Source: Bugula neritina
Lineage: Eukaryota; Animalia; Bryozoa
Direction: 5' to 3'
Length of the DNA stretch: 64,000 bases
Assembly (NCBI GenBank): GCA_964035545.1
Contig: OZ037767.1
Span: forward strand, 21,592,628-21,656,627
Shown piece by piece: positions 26,501-39,500 of the stretch (position 1 is the first letter of the stretch; the number at the start of each line of letters is the position of its first letter). Made by a program: the position numbers and the translations under genes. Below the pieces are notes generated by a model. It had not been told where the DNA came from and ran no database searches. It saw only the letters and a program-made list of their open reading frames with translations.

Positions 26501-28875
26501 TATTAATACCAACATACCAACCCACACACAAGGGAACCAGATTTGCATACCACCACACTATTAACAAATGGCAAGGACAGTGCCAGTTTACAAGAAGGTG
26601 GCAAATCTTCAAGATAAAACATCACCCACTCACACACCATCAGCAGAGGTTGTGTAAGACATTACTAATCCCGGAGCATCGGTATACTCCAGGGTTGTGC
26701 AGTGTGTGTGTATTCACTGTGTGGGTGAACAACCAGTAGGAGGGCAACCAACAATTAACTATCCTATAAATATAGAGTTACTTCTGCTTTGCAGGTGCCT
26801 TGAGCTCCAACTCCTAAGACTTGAAAAGCAATTTATCTCACCTAATAGTTACATGTGCCTGGTGACTACTCTTCTCGTTAATGAATAGAAGCTTACAAAA
26901 GCTACAATGAAAAGCTATTCCATACCAGACAGCACTGCATGCCATGTACCAAACAGCATGGCTCACCTTAGTTTTGATGGTGTGGGCAGCAAAGTAACAA
27001 GCCTCCGGGTCATCACGGTGAGCTAGTAACTGGTCAGCAATACTCCAGGCAAATACCTACAAGACACTTGGACATGTGAACTGCATACATACCAGACACA
27101 CATCTTGCTATCACATACTTCAATAACACTGCAACACTAACTGCTTAAATAACGCAGCAAGAAATCACCCAACTTCAACCCAGAATTCATGTACCAGTTT
27201 AACAATAAATGTAAAGCACAGGTAGAACTATTAAAACAACGAATAAAATTGATGGATTATAATAGAACCAACAAACATTTTACAAAACTACAGCTATTTC
27301 TCAAAAACTCTATTAACTAAACCAAAAATTCCAGATAACATTAGACAGGACTTTAGAAACAATTGTATTAAATAAAAGACATTCTATCTTATGATTAATT
27401 AATGTTTTGTCAGTAAACTAAAAAGCTTGACAATTATGTAAAAAAATTGTTACTTTCCAAGGAGTAAATTCAAATTGCCAATAATTGAATTACAATCAAT
27501 CAGCCATTAATCCAACAAAAGTCACCAGCTACGTTGAACTAGATACTAACAATTACACAATAATTTCTGATTTTTGAATCCATCTCATTATAAATTATAA
27601 CTTGCATAAAAATTTAGAGAGTAGAAACGTTTACGAAGGTTTGATTATGGCACTAAACTAAACAACAATAAAACTCATGCAAACAAGTGAACACATTAGC
27701 CAGTTACACATGTAAAAAATTCAGCTGAAAAATGAGCTGTAAACTGCCATCTGTTTAAGATTATCACTTTGAAAATTGAAATTGCTTTCTCAACAAGTTG
27801 AAGAACTAACGGGACTAACTCAATAGCAGTTAAACAAATACAAACCGGCAATCTAGCCAGTAGAGCGTTCATCAACTTACCAAACCAGAAAACATACTAA
27901 AATATATACATGACAGTCACTAGTATCTTCTATAATCAGGAGGGGCTCTCAATTTTCAATGAATAAGTTAAATCAAGAGTAAAAAGTCCCAGAGACTTGA
28001 AAATAGAACACCTTTTGGTAATTCCTCTTTCTATCCCATATCAAGTGGTATGTACTAAAGAGCAAACTGCCCACTGAACACATTGAAACACATTGAAAAT
28101 TTAGCAATTGAGGTTGTTTATCAATTATATAGTAAACCTGGGTACTTTTTCTAAAAATACTTTTTCTACATAGATAAAAAGTTGAAAACATGCCAAATAT
28201 TTCACTAGATTCATCATAACCATTAGCAGCAACTGTTTGGATACAAGTGATGTGCTTAATAATTGAAGTATAAAAATTACAAACCAGAGTCTTTTTGATA
28301 GAGTACTAAGTCTTTTTGACTGTCACTAAAACTATTTCCGACACTTTTTTAAAAATAAATAATGAAAACGTACCACTAAATGCTATGCCAACACTCCCTG
28401 TTGCAACATGGTTCAACTTCATTGCAATTTCCTTTATTTTGGCATGCAAACTTTTGATTTAATATAATTTTTTTGTTCCAAATACCAACTCAATGAAAAC
28501 TAAAAATATATAATTATTTGGTAGCTACAAAAACTTCTCTCATTTCAGTATTAGCTCAGGGATAGTTTCACCTGAACGTCTGGATAAACAATTAGACAAA
28601 GACAAATATACTTATTGTAGGGGGCAAAGGCTTAGCCAGAAGGCTCTGAAACATGAGGATCTCTGAACATCACATCCCATAGGCCTAGCCACCAAATAAA
28701 ATCAAAGTTGAAATAATAGGGTAAATCAGGTTATACAAAATAATTCCAATTCTTTTACCGATTTTTGAAAATTTTCCAGCCACTTTGATGCCTGTTCTTT
28801 TTCCAAAGTATTTGGACTGTGATACAATGCTCTCAGAGCATGAAGAACTGTTTCTATGGTTGGTGCTGGATCCAT
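14529..28875 (-). CDS. TNPO3: Transportin-3 (importin-beta family)
   Basis: About 20 GT-AG exons: [21 protein letters not shown] (28875-28759), [22 protein letters not shown] (~27056-26967), [71 protein letters not shown], ..KDFLILYR* (14529). Non-coding exon 1 donor inferred at ~31499. Confidence 0.96.
14886..15080. repeat. 33-bp AT-rich minisatellite in TNPO3 intron
   Basis: TATTACAATATATTGTAATATTATATTAGTGTA about 5 copies. Confidence 0.85.
15810..15938. repeat. 22-bp minisatellite in TNPO3 intron
   Basis: GACAGCATAGATACAGTGTAAT about 5 degenerate copies. Confidence 0.8.
17895..18268. repeat. 35-bp minisatellite in TNPO3 intron
   Basis: AACAACTAGTAATAGTGAAATATTACAGAGTAACT about 10 copies, abutting the donor at ~18272. 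Confidence 0.9.
18525..18705. repeat. ~30-bp repeat containing the TNPO3 splice donor
   Basis: GTAGTGTGAACATACCTT unit repeated 5-6 times (AAG|GTATGTTCAC on the gene strand). Confidence 0.85.
20200..20672. repeat. 21/31-bp minisatellite in TNPO3 intron
   Basis: ACTACAACACTGTATACATAT-type units; source of many spurious ORFs. Confidence 0.9.
21045..21644. mobile_element. Foldback/MITE-like element: terminal inverted repeats around an AT-rich 13-bp satellite
   Basis: ATTGGATTCACCTATA (21045-21060) vs TATAGGCGAATCCAAT (21629-21644), 15/16 complementary; interior (ATATAATTACTAT)n. Confidence 0.65.
24918..25098. repeat. (GTGA/GAGT)n microsatellite
   Basis: GTGAGAGTGAGTTA-type repeats in TNPO3 intron. 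Confidence 0.9.
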
Positions 28876-29078
28876 TATGTGTGAATCTAGTAGCAGTGCA
28901 GGTCATGCATCAAACTGGGCAACTACAATTTAAAATACAAAATGCAAAACAGAAGATAGAACTTCAATCAATACATGAGCTCTATGCTAAAATGAACTAA
29001 CCATTAAAGTTTAATGAATAATAAAATATTGTGTTATAAAATTAGGAAAGAAAAAAGTGATAATAGACATGCCTAGAG

Positions 29079-29375
29079 CAGGGGTGTCCAACCTTTTCAG
29101 ACCGAAGGCCACTGAAAGGGAAGATTCTGGTGGCGAGGGCCACATTGTAAACATCAGTTTGAGCTGGAGGCCACAGCATCAGCATTTATCAAACTACTTT
29201 ATTCCCAGACTTTATGAATCATTGCACAATAGTTACTGCAGGCTGCATGTTTTGTAACATGTGTATAAATTGAACACTTAAAAGGTAGCTTTTCACTTTA
29301 ATTCATGTACGTGTGCGAAAAATAATTTTAGCTTTATGCCTTCGAGAGCCACATAAATGTAGTTGGACAGCCCTG
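29079..29375. mobile_element. Non-autonomous hAT (Charlie/Buster-like) MITE
   Basis: TIRs CAGGGGTGTCCAAC ... GTTGGACAGCCCTG; 8-bp TSD GCCTAGAG / GCCTAGAA with central CTAG. Confidence 0.88.
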
Positions 29376-30574
29376 GCCTAGAATGGCTACAACATAAATG
29401 CCTGATAAAAGGCCATATGACTATAATAAACATATGGGATTAATTTGGTTGGTTTGGAAGTCTAGTGGATGAGGGCTCATTTTATACTTTTAAGGGATTT
29501 GGAGCTGCATTCAACTTTCAGCACTTCTTTGGGAAGAATAACCATAAGAAATAGAAATAATTAGTGAAAATGACTGGGTACTATAATGAAACATTTTGAG
29601 CCAAGAGTAACATTTAACATGCATAGCAACGCCACTCAAAATTACAGATAACTGTGCACCAAGTTAGTTGAACTACGACAGCATTTGCTACTCCAGAATT
29701 AAAATTACTAAACTGCTAGTTGTAGACATGTAATTACGGTGATAATGCAAACAGTAACTAACAATAGCCATTGTATTTACTATGTGTCTTAGGAATGAGA
29801 CAGCCGCAGATTGTAAAATATCAAATATATACACTTGAAATTGATTTGATTTTTTTTTTAGAATATTTGATATTTAAGTAAAGGGCTCACATGGCAACTA
29901 ATATCAGCTTGTCCACATGCCTACTTTTTCAAAACGAGTTGCTGTTTTTGCTCTTTGATTGAAATATAAAATGAGTTCAATATTTTTATTCATCACTTAT
30001 GCTATAAATTAGTTAAATACATTACCCCACTATTAATTTTCATTAATACTTAGCAACTATTCGGGTGTGAAAATAACATTACTATCAATCTTTAGCTGTT
30101 TCTATAGCTGCACTAATTTATAGCAACAGGCAATGTCAGTGGAAGATATTTCCAGAGAAGACAGCCCAATTACACTGTTGAAATGCTTTACTTGAGATTT
30201 ACTGTATTTTGTGAGCACTACTTAGTCAAGAAAATTATACTTTTCAGCTGTCTTTGCCTGCCTTAATTTTTTCAGTCTTTGAATAAGAAACTCATCATTT
30301 AGTTTAATATTCACCATGAGCTTGCATTAAAGCCTCTAATCTTACACTCCAACAGTAGCATCTAGTTAATATAAATGTTAAAATTAGATTTTTGAGTCAT
30401 GGCAACTATGATTGTACACTGAGTAACATTGCTGTACTTGTTTCAAAATTGAGTCATTACTGAAACTGTTAGCAGTGTTAAGGAACTTTGCCTCTGGGTA
30501 TGTAAAACTATATTACCAAATGTGATGATTTATCAAAACCATCACTGTTATGATCATTCTGATTCACTGACAAA

Positions 30575-31480
30575 TACTAATAGTAATAGTACAAAATTAT
30601 TTGATTTGGGCGTTAACCTTAACCCTTAAACTACAAACCCGACAACTACTATTAATATTAGTATTAGTCTCCATTAGTATTACTATTGCTATTCAGTGAT
30701 TATCATTTTACTACCATAACCATCGCAATAAAGTTTTGCTATTATATTTATTGTAAGTGTTAGTGTGACACTAATGACTAACACCGACTGTAAGTGTATA
30801 AAGATCCTGTTGACGTTTATTAAATTCAAGTGATTATGATTAATATTATCAGTATCAGTATGATTATGAGTCTATGAGTATGACCATCACTGCGAGTCCG
30901 GCTATTAGTAATACTAATACTAATAGTATTACTATTAGACTTATTAGTATTACTTATTAGTATTATTCATTTATTGTTTTACTTTTAATTTTAATCTCAT
31001 CACTATGACTAAAGTCTAAACTGAAACGCTGACTATCAGTATCACTATTACTATTAGTATTACTATGACACTGACAGTATGAGTATGACTATCACTATAA
31101 GTATGACTATCAGTATGAGTATCACTATCAGCATGCCTAATTCTAAACTAATGTATAACTATTACTATAAGACTAAGTAATACTAATAGTATAACTATAA
31201 TTTAAAGTAATGCTATTACTATTAATATTCTCCATGAGCTTAATTAATAATTTATTTTAATTCATAATGATAATAATAAATAACTAATACTAATAGTAAT
31301 ACTAATAGTAATAACTAATAAGTAATAAGTATTAGATTTAGTCCATTACTATTAGTATTAGTATTACTATTACTATTAGTCTAGTGTATTATTATTTCCA
31401 TCATGATCATTACTATTACTATAATATTAATTATAATTTATATACTTCATTACCATTATCATTATGATTATAATTATTAC
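30575..31480. repeat. 6-bp-periodic AGT/ACT tract (T4), in inferred TNPO3 intron 1
   Basis: ACTATC AGTATG AGTATG ACTATC, ACTAAT AGTAAT, AGTATT ACTATT. Confidence 0.88.
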
Positions 31481-32368
31481 AGAAATAAAGTAACCGTACT
31501 TGAGTGAAAAATTAGATGACCGCTACTACACCAATCTTAGAAAGACTAGTGTTCACGCTTTGATATTACTATTAGGACAGCGAACAGATAGCGTAGTATT
31601 GAGTCCACCACGACATTTTTTGAACTAGAATTTGCGGATTCTGAAAAAAATAGTGACGGGCGAAAATTTTTTAGGGTCAAAGTCAATCTTATTTAATCCT
31701 ATAATAAAATATGAGGCACTTACAATATAGGTCATATTTTAAACCGTGGCTGTGGTGATAGAATCTAGTTAGCATTGCAAGAGCACGGGCGAGTCCAAAA
31801 AAGGATAGACTTAGAGAGTTTTAAAGAACACGCAACTCTATATTTGTAAGAAGACCGCGAAGTCCAGAAACAAATCATATTATGATTTTAATAATAACCA
31901 TTCATATGTTTTCATATTTGCCCATTCTACAACAAAATATTAAAATAAATTTATAATGTTCCTAAAACTTACTAGGTTAATTTTAATTTAAAAAACAGCG
32001 GTTTCCATTTGTAAAAAGAGGATATTAATGTTAAAACTTGACTTTACAGCAGAGACCGTCTACTGTAATTCAACAAAAATCGCTTTAAGCAGCACAGGTC
32101 AGGGGCCACTGAGTGCAGCGGTTTGGGTATTGAAATTCGTTCAATGATGCCCTTACAAACATCGCACTAAAGATCTGCCACCGTACTACTGCTCCTAGCG
32201 ATTCTTCAATTTAGCAACCAAGGATGAAGGCAAGTAAGTTAGTTACAGACTATAGTCGCTGTGAACTGTCAAATAATTATGCTTACAGATAGCAATAATT
32301 ATGATATATTTTATTTTTTTAGAATGGAATCTTGGCTTCTATTTGTCACATAATGATTTTAACCAAAA

Positions 32369-34281
32369 ATGCTGAAGAAGACTAAACTAAAAGCAAGTTG
32401 GGAACAGAGTTTTCAAGGATTCAAAGAGCTTTCTCAATCTAGTTCTTTGAGTTTTGCATCTCATTCTAGTTCCAAATCTTTGCAATGGGAGTCTGTAAGT
32501 CATTCATAGCAGTAATGGGCATTATTTTTATTCAAACTTGAATTACAAGTCATTTTTATTTCTATATCTGTTTGTTTTGAGACAAATATTGAAAATCGAT
32601 TAGCTGCTGAGCGTCTGGATAATATTGATTATTTTTAGTATTTTTCAAATTAATGTTTGATTTTTTAAAAGCATAAACACTAGTAGTTGTTGCTGGCTAC
32701 CAAGTTCCTCACTGGCAGTTTTTAACCGTTTTTGTGATCATAAGAAGGAGTTTAATAACTGCAACTTTGTAGACTGTCGTAGCTGTTAATTAACCTAAAT
32801 AATATGTTCTTTAAAGCATTTTACAAATAACTTTAAGCTATAGTAGAGCATATTGTTGGCAAAACTGCTATAGTCATGGTGGTAGTATATTTTGCAATTT
32901 AATTGTTTTGTCTCATTTTTGTTTTCAACTAATTTCATTCAAATTTATCATTAAATCAGTTTAAAGTACCTATTTTAGTTTGTTCATTGAAATACTGGTA
33001 TGGACATAATTATAATGGTTGTTTAATCTAGGGGGTCACATCTGCTCCAGTTGATGTCGATGATGATCTGGAAATAACCATTGAATCCTATAATGATGAG
33101 CAAGATGAAACTAGGGTGTCTTCTACATGTTTTGGAAAAGTACAACCTCTGGTTGGTGCTAAGGCTAGTCACCAGTCAAAAGGGGATATGATCTTTCATC
33201 ATAATAGCCCTGAGATTGATAGCTTTATCCACAAGATGTTGACTCACTCGGCTAGGCAAGATCAACCGGACTCACAAAGGATCATTTCAGAAGAACGTGT
33301 GACAAACAGTCACCCTGCAAGCATAGCCTCTACACCTAACAGTGTAAGAGCACTTTTACAAGAAGTGTTAGCAGATAGCCCAGTATCTTCTCCTAAACGT
33401 GAAGATGATTTAGAGTTAGCTTTGCCTTGCGCTGAAAAGTAGGTTTTGAAACTTATGCTAGAGCCTAATTCTTTGATTATTGAGTATTCTACTTTTATTT
33501 ACTTTCTGTATTCAATTATTCTATACATTATTGAGATAGTTGTATTCTATTATGAAGATAACAATATATAGATGAAAAAATCATTAGTGTAAAAGTGTTA
33601 GCCTCTTGTTAACCACAATTCACAAATTCTTTTAACCACATTACCTTTTTATTATTAAACTATGTGCAGAAATATTGAAATTTTCATTTCATCTTTGCTG
33701 CTTATTAGAAAAAAATTCAGCTTATAACAAAGTCTCAATACTTTGTAATTGTCTGCTCATTCATCGACTAAAGAGTTTTTCTCAAACTATTAAGTATGTG
33801 AGGATTGATAAAAAATAGTTTTAATTTAAGCTTCAACTCAAATATCCGTCTCTACTATCTGATTTAGTAGGTTGCTTTCGCCAGTACAGTCTGTACCGAT
33901 GGATTCAACTCATCCCAGTCTGATTAATTTAAACCACGAGTCTGTCACTTCTCACCCAGAATCTCCTTCACTTTTTACCGACATTACTAATATTCCTGAT
34001 AGATTTGCTTACGGGGGTTATAGCCAAATCATAGATCACACGCAGGTTGGTTGCTAGTTCTTACTATTGTTTCTAAAATCTCGACTAATTTTTTTTCTTA
34101 TTTATCTGGCATATGACTAAAAAAGTGCAGCATAAATGTTTGAGCTTTGTTCCCTCAGTGTAGTAGGAAAAATGATTTTCCTTTACTTTCATATCATTGA
34201 AAGTATTGTTCTATATTTTATCATGCTTATCTTAGTATCGGCACTCAAAAAACTTGCTACTCTTATATATATATATATATA

Positions 34282-34359
<78 letters not shown>

Positions 34360-35889
34360 TTGCTACTCTTATATATATTTTGATGTAGGAGGAGTATGTC
34401 AGCTCCCAACCCTCTCGTCCTACTTGTAATGCTAGTCAGCCAATATTTAGCTGCCATTCTCACTCTGATGCTGACTTGGACACTACCATTCCTTCACTCA
34501 CGTCTTCATTTCAGGTAGGAATATCAACTATTAGCGTATAAGTGTTTTAGATCAAGTACATATCCGGCTAATAAGTGAAAACACTCGTTTCTTGTTGTAG
34601 ACTCCAGAGCTGTCCAATAAGTTAGCAGAGTTTGTGAAAGATGGCAAGAGTGAAAAGGATGTAGAATTGGATCTCGGAATTAGCAAGAAGCTTAGTAAGG
34701 GCGGTATGGCAGAGCATCTCCAACAGATTATACGGGTTAATATTTATTACTATTTACCAGTTGAAAAGTTGACTAGTAGCAGTAGACAGGTTTTCATAGA
34801 TACTTTAAAGTATATAATGACAATATAACATATAAACTGCATTATAATGTATATAAGTACATTATAAAATTATACTGAATATGACCTGTATACAACTGTA
34901 TCAACATAACATTTAAAATTGCAGCATTGCAAATTAAAAGGCTAGTAAATTTTTACCTCGCTCCTCTGTATCTATTTTAGTTTTCAAAGTCCGGGTTTTT
35001 GACGGAACGTATGTTATGTTCTTCCAGAGAGAGGAATCTGAATACTCAATATGCAGATACCAACTAACAGTAAACTCTGTCGGAGATTCAGCAACTCCTG
35101 TCACAACTAAACAGATGAAACTAGTTGTGACGGAAACCTCTCTTACTAACAATACAATACATACAGTGGTTGTGTGCGGTAATACTATAGAGCCTGGAAC
35201 CCAGGCCCTCCTCCTAGCTTCTAGGTATGGGGTAGACTAAGTTCTTACTATACCTACTACTCACATGCCTTGTCTAATTCTACAGAATATTTTATGGCAG
35301 CACTTGATATTATATTTATTTACCATATCAGTTTCTTGAAAGTCTGCATGGAATTACTGTTTGTAATAGATGCCTTTACTTTAAAACTAGACTGATCGAA
35401 AGACCCATTGTTATTTAGTATTTGCTCAATACTCTGCACTTTATTCTCTTTTATAAAAGAAGTCAAATAAAATCTTGAAAATGAATGTTCTAAAGTAAGA
35501 TGATCGTTAGTTGATGCTTTGTCTTAATTCTAACCAACTGCAAAATAACTGCTAGTTGTTTCCTTGTTTGTAGCATGTGTTGTTACTATTGCAAAAATAT
35601 ATTTTGTATTTCACTTTTTAGGCTAAGTAAGGAAAACAACTCTTTACCAAGAGACAGCCAGATTACAGTGCATTGGCCATGGAGTGTATACGAATCTAAC
35701 TCTCTCGGCACCATCATATTTGCTAGCTCAGTTTGTGATGTCATTAAACCAATTAGCCAATCAGAGAAGTCTCCAAGAAGTGAAACCAGAGTTACTACTA
35801 TTGGTAGACAGTGCTGTCCGTGTGTTAGCAAGGGACGGTGCAATAACCACCCAATATATACTGGACCTTATGCATTTCTTCATCAATAG
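32369..35889 (+). CDS. SPIDR: SPIDR-like DNA repair scaffold protein (N-terminal part and first OB-like fold only, ~480 aa)
   Basis: Exons ~32369-32494, 33032-33438, ~33870-34045, 34390-34514, 34601-34735, 35028-35223, 35622-35889. Spliced KGGMAEHLQQIIR|REESEYSICRYQL and ITVHWPW resemble, from memory, SPIDR GGLAERL..RERSAISLWRHQ and VRIFPPW; S/D-rich N-terminus. Confidence 0.62.
34264..34355. repeat. (TA)n microsatellite
   Basis: Long TA run in intron. Confidence 0.95.
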
Positions 35890-36542
35890 TTGGAGAATTT
35901 TAACCTAACCGTCCAATATCAGTCAATACTTGTGCATCTTTTAAGTTTTACTAGATATGGAATGATTAGATCGCTTTATTGCATTTTTCTAATATTATCA
36001 TAGCAAGTTGATCGAATGCTGCAAATATTTATAATTTTTTTATAAGATATCAAGTCCAGGATTTCTCATTTATGTGCAAGGCCAGGCTAGTCCTAGAGAA
36101 ATTTTAACGGTAGTTGATGGAAGTTTTGCTGCAACTTTCCTCCATAATATTTCACAAATTTCCTCAATACAAAAATGATATGAGATCTGTTGCAAAGAAC
36201 TTCTGCTAATGTTTGAAATAAGTTATTTTTAGCCGTTTGTTATTTTGTTAATAAATGACAAAAGATTAAATATTTGACTTTTATTAATTAAGCTTTATTT
36301 TGCAACTTAAGTACAATTTACTGCGAGATTGTGAATTCTGATATGGAGTTATGATTTAAGCTGCTGCTACAGAATTCAATATTTAGTTTGTTGTAAGATT
36401 GAAACTAAAAAAGACAACTCAACAGGTCTAGTCAATCAACTGGTAATATTTTATTTTTATTTTATTGTTAAATAATAGTTGTGTATTGTAACGAGATATC
36501 ATAAATACATAATAAAAGACTCAATAACCCATAGACATCTGT

Positions 36543-39500
36543 TTACTTTGTCTTCTTCTGAGATAGATTGATCTTGTCTCCCAGACTTAGAGCCATTCCC
36601 TGTAACCACCAAGATAATATTACAAACTGTGATACGCATCAGATACTTAGCATGAAATCCAAATACTTCATTTTTCCAGTCTAACATCATAAAATGCCAT
36701 TTAAAAGCTTACCTACCATCGCTCATAAAACAAATTAAGTTAATCATTGCACCCAGTGTGAGTGTTATAATGTAGCTCGACCACTGTCAAAGCTTGAGAC
36801 CACAGTTCAGTATTACATAACAGTTGTATGAAATGGCTTCAGCCAGGTAGTTGAATGGTGAAACTTGAGCTAGGTGCAGTATTGAAGACATGGGAAATTA
36901 GATTATAAATGTAACATGTTCCTGTGAGAATTTCAACCTGCACTCCAAACCAAAATTTGTTAAAAAATAAAAAGCTAGGGCAACTAAAATTTCTCAACCA
37001 CCGCACCTAAATGTGAAATTTCAGTTTTATATTGCATACGTATACAGAATTAATTGCTAGAGAGAAGCATGTTGGGACAGTTTAGTAGCTTGAGTACCTG
37101 GCTCTTAGCTCTGATTCTGATATGCCCGATGACAAGGGTGTCATCACTAGAGTTCAAAGGCTTTTCTACGGACACGTTGGCCAGAGCATCCTCACCAAAT
37201 ATAGACTTGGCATATAGATTAGCAGCTAGGAATCCACACTTCTTGTTGAATGACTGCAAGCAGAATTATACTATATGGCAATCTTAAACAAAGGAACTAC
37301 ACCCTATGATTGAGAAGACAGGTATATTACAAGTACTAACACAGAACTGTAAATTACTAACCATCGGAATGGAACTGCATTGTTAAAGAGTAACACTGTA
37401 TGGTAGAATCATGAATCACTAGATATAAGTATATTATCACAGAGCAGAATTACTTCATACTACAGTAGTGTATGTGTTTATCACATTCTTAATGCTAATT
37501 TATAAACTATATACGAACCTGATCTTCCTCGCTGAATGGAGTGATAGACTTCATGTTGGTTTTCTTAATGATATGCTGGAGATACTCATACATGTCAGTT
37601 ATATTTGTGTTGACGGAAACCTACAGCCAAATAACATTAGATGTCATATAAAGACACAAACGAAGCACCGCGAACTGAGTCACCACAAACTGATCACATC
37701 ACCGTATTCATTGGGTCTCCATATTATATATAAATCATCTCATTCAAATTCAGCATATAAAACTTGCGGTCATTATTGTGTGGAGTACACGCAGTGACCT
37801 ACCTTGTTTTCCCACTCAAACTCACTCCACATAGTCCTAAATTCAGCATCACTGCAGCTTGCAGGTAAAATGTAGTCCATGATGTCAATGTGAATGTCGT
37901 TGAGTACTACACACATTCTGTCACTTGCAGCCCCTGTCACATCATACACTACAAGAAATTTAGGTCAAGGTAACCTGTTAATACAGTGATATAAATTGAT
38001 AAGAGGCCGCCTAGTGGTGTTTCATTTCTAGTGATAAATGTGTCTAGTGATTCATACATGTGCAGATAACTTCCTTCCAATTTAAACTTCAAGGAACTTA
38101 CCAATATTGCCAAAGATAATTCCATTTTCTGTTGAAGCAACTTTGACATTAGCTTTAATATTACAGAAGTCATTTCCAGCAAGTGTCATTGGCATTGGTT
38201 TTTCTACCAGCTTCAGGTCACCTATTGATGGTATTAGAGTAACAAAATAAATTTGTGAAGTTTTACAATTTGCATATGTATCATAAAGTAACGGCCAATG
38301 AGAAGCTCAATGATGTTAAAAAGAGAATTTTCTGTACCAAGTAAATGCCAGCATCTTTTACTAATATAAAGAAGTTGACAGATTCTTCAAACACATTGAA
38401 TAAAAATTCCTACTTCTTTGACTAGCGTAAAGTATATTTACTAACCAAGGGTGGCCAACTCCAGAGTGAGATTCTGAAGAGTGTCTGTGGTTTGATTCAC
38501 TATCAGCACATCTAGCACGATATCATACTGATTGACATGCACGTACGCTTCAGCATAAACTGGGTCAGAGAAGCCGGTGAGTTGTGTCACCTGGAACAGG
38601 AAACGGTTTGTGAAGAATGTCAACAAGAACCTTTTACAAAAACCAAAGTCTATGTAATCAGAAGCAGCTGTTATTACTACCTGTTACAAAAATTACAGTG
38701 CATGCAACCAAATGCTTATCAAAAACAGTACTATTTGTGAAAAAAAACTTGCTATGTATGTATGCTTTCATAAGCACAGCTTCTACAGTTACTACAGTAG
38801 TTCGTACTTTGAAGGCACATCAAACGTGCCTATTAGAACATAAAATTTACACTATTCTCTCTCACACAGCAGCAAACAAGCATATGGCACAACTTTCGCA
38901 TAATTTTCTTTTAAACAAAAAATTTAATCTCGGCATTCACATAGACAGCATCAAATGACCTTTCAGATGATTGCCATTGCTCCAGTGTGAAATGTCTACA
39001 TTAGTGATTGCTTAACACATTACAGTTAAATATAATGATTCTAAACAGATAACGAAGCATTTCTAATTATTATTGCAGTACTAACAGTGATTATATAATA
39101 TATGTTTATATGTATTTATTTATAAATAATTATACTTTTACTAGTAGATCAATTGAATTGATCGTAAACACTTTTTTCTAGTCATTAGACTTTACACAGC
39201 CAAATTCCAATAATATTCATATTCTAATGATATTGATAACATAAACTCAAGGAGCTTATCATGATCATATACAACTAGCTCAGCTCTAACAAGTGCTATA
39301 AAAATTTTCCAATTTATCACAGCGTTTTGCTAATGAACATCACAACTTTTAAAGCTCATTGAACTGAAAAAGAACATGAGAATGTAGCAGGCCAATCATT
39401 AAACTTTCCTCACTAAGATTAGTCTGGTAGCAGAATGCATATAAGTGCTACTCCACAATGTCAAGCAAGAAGAGGTGTGACAGTACTAACATCACTGCTG

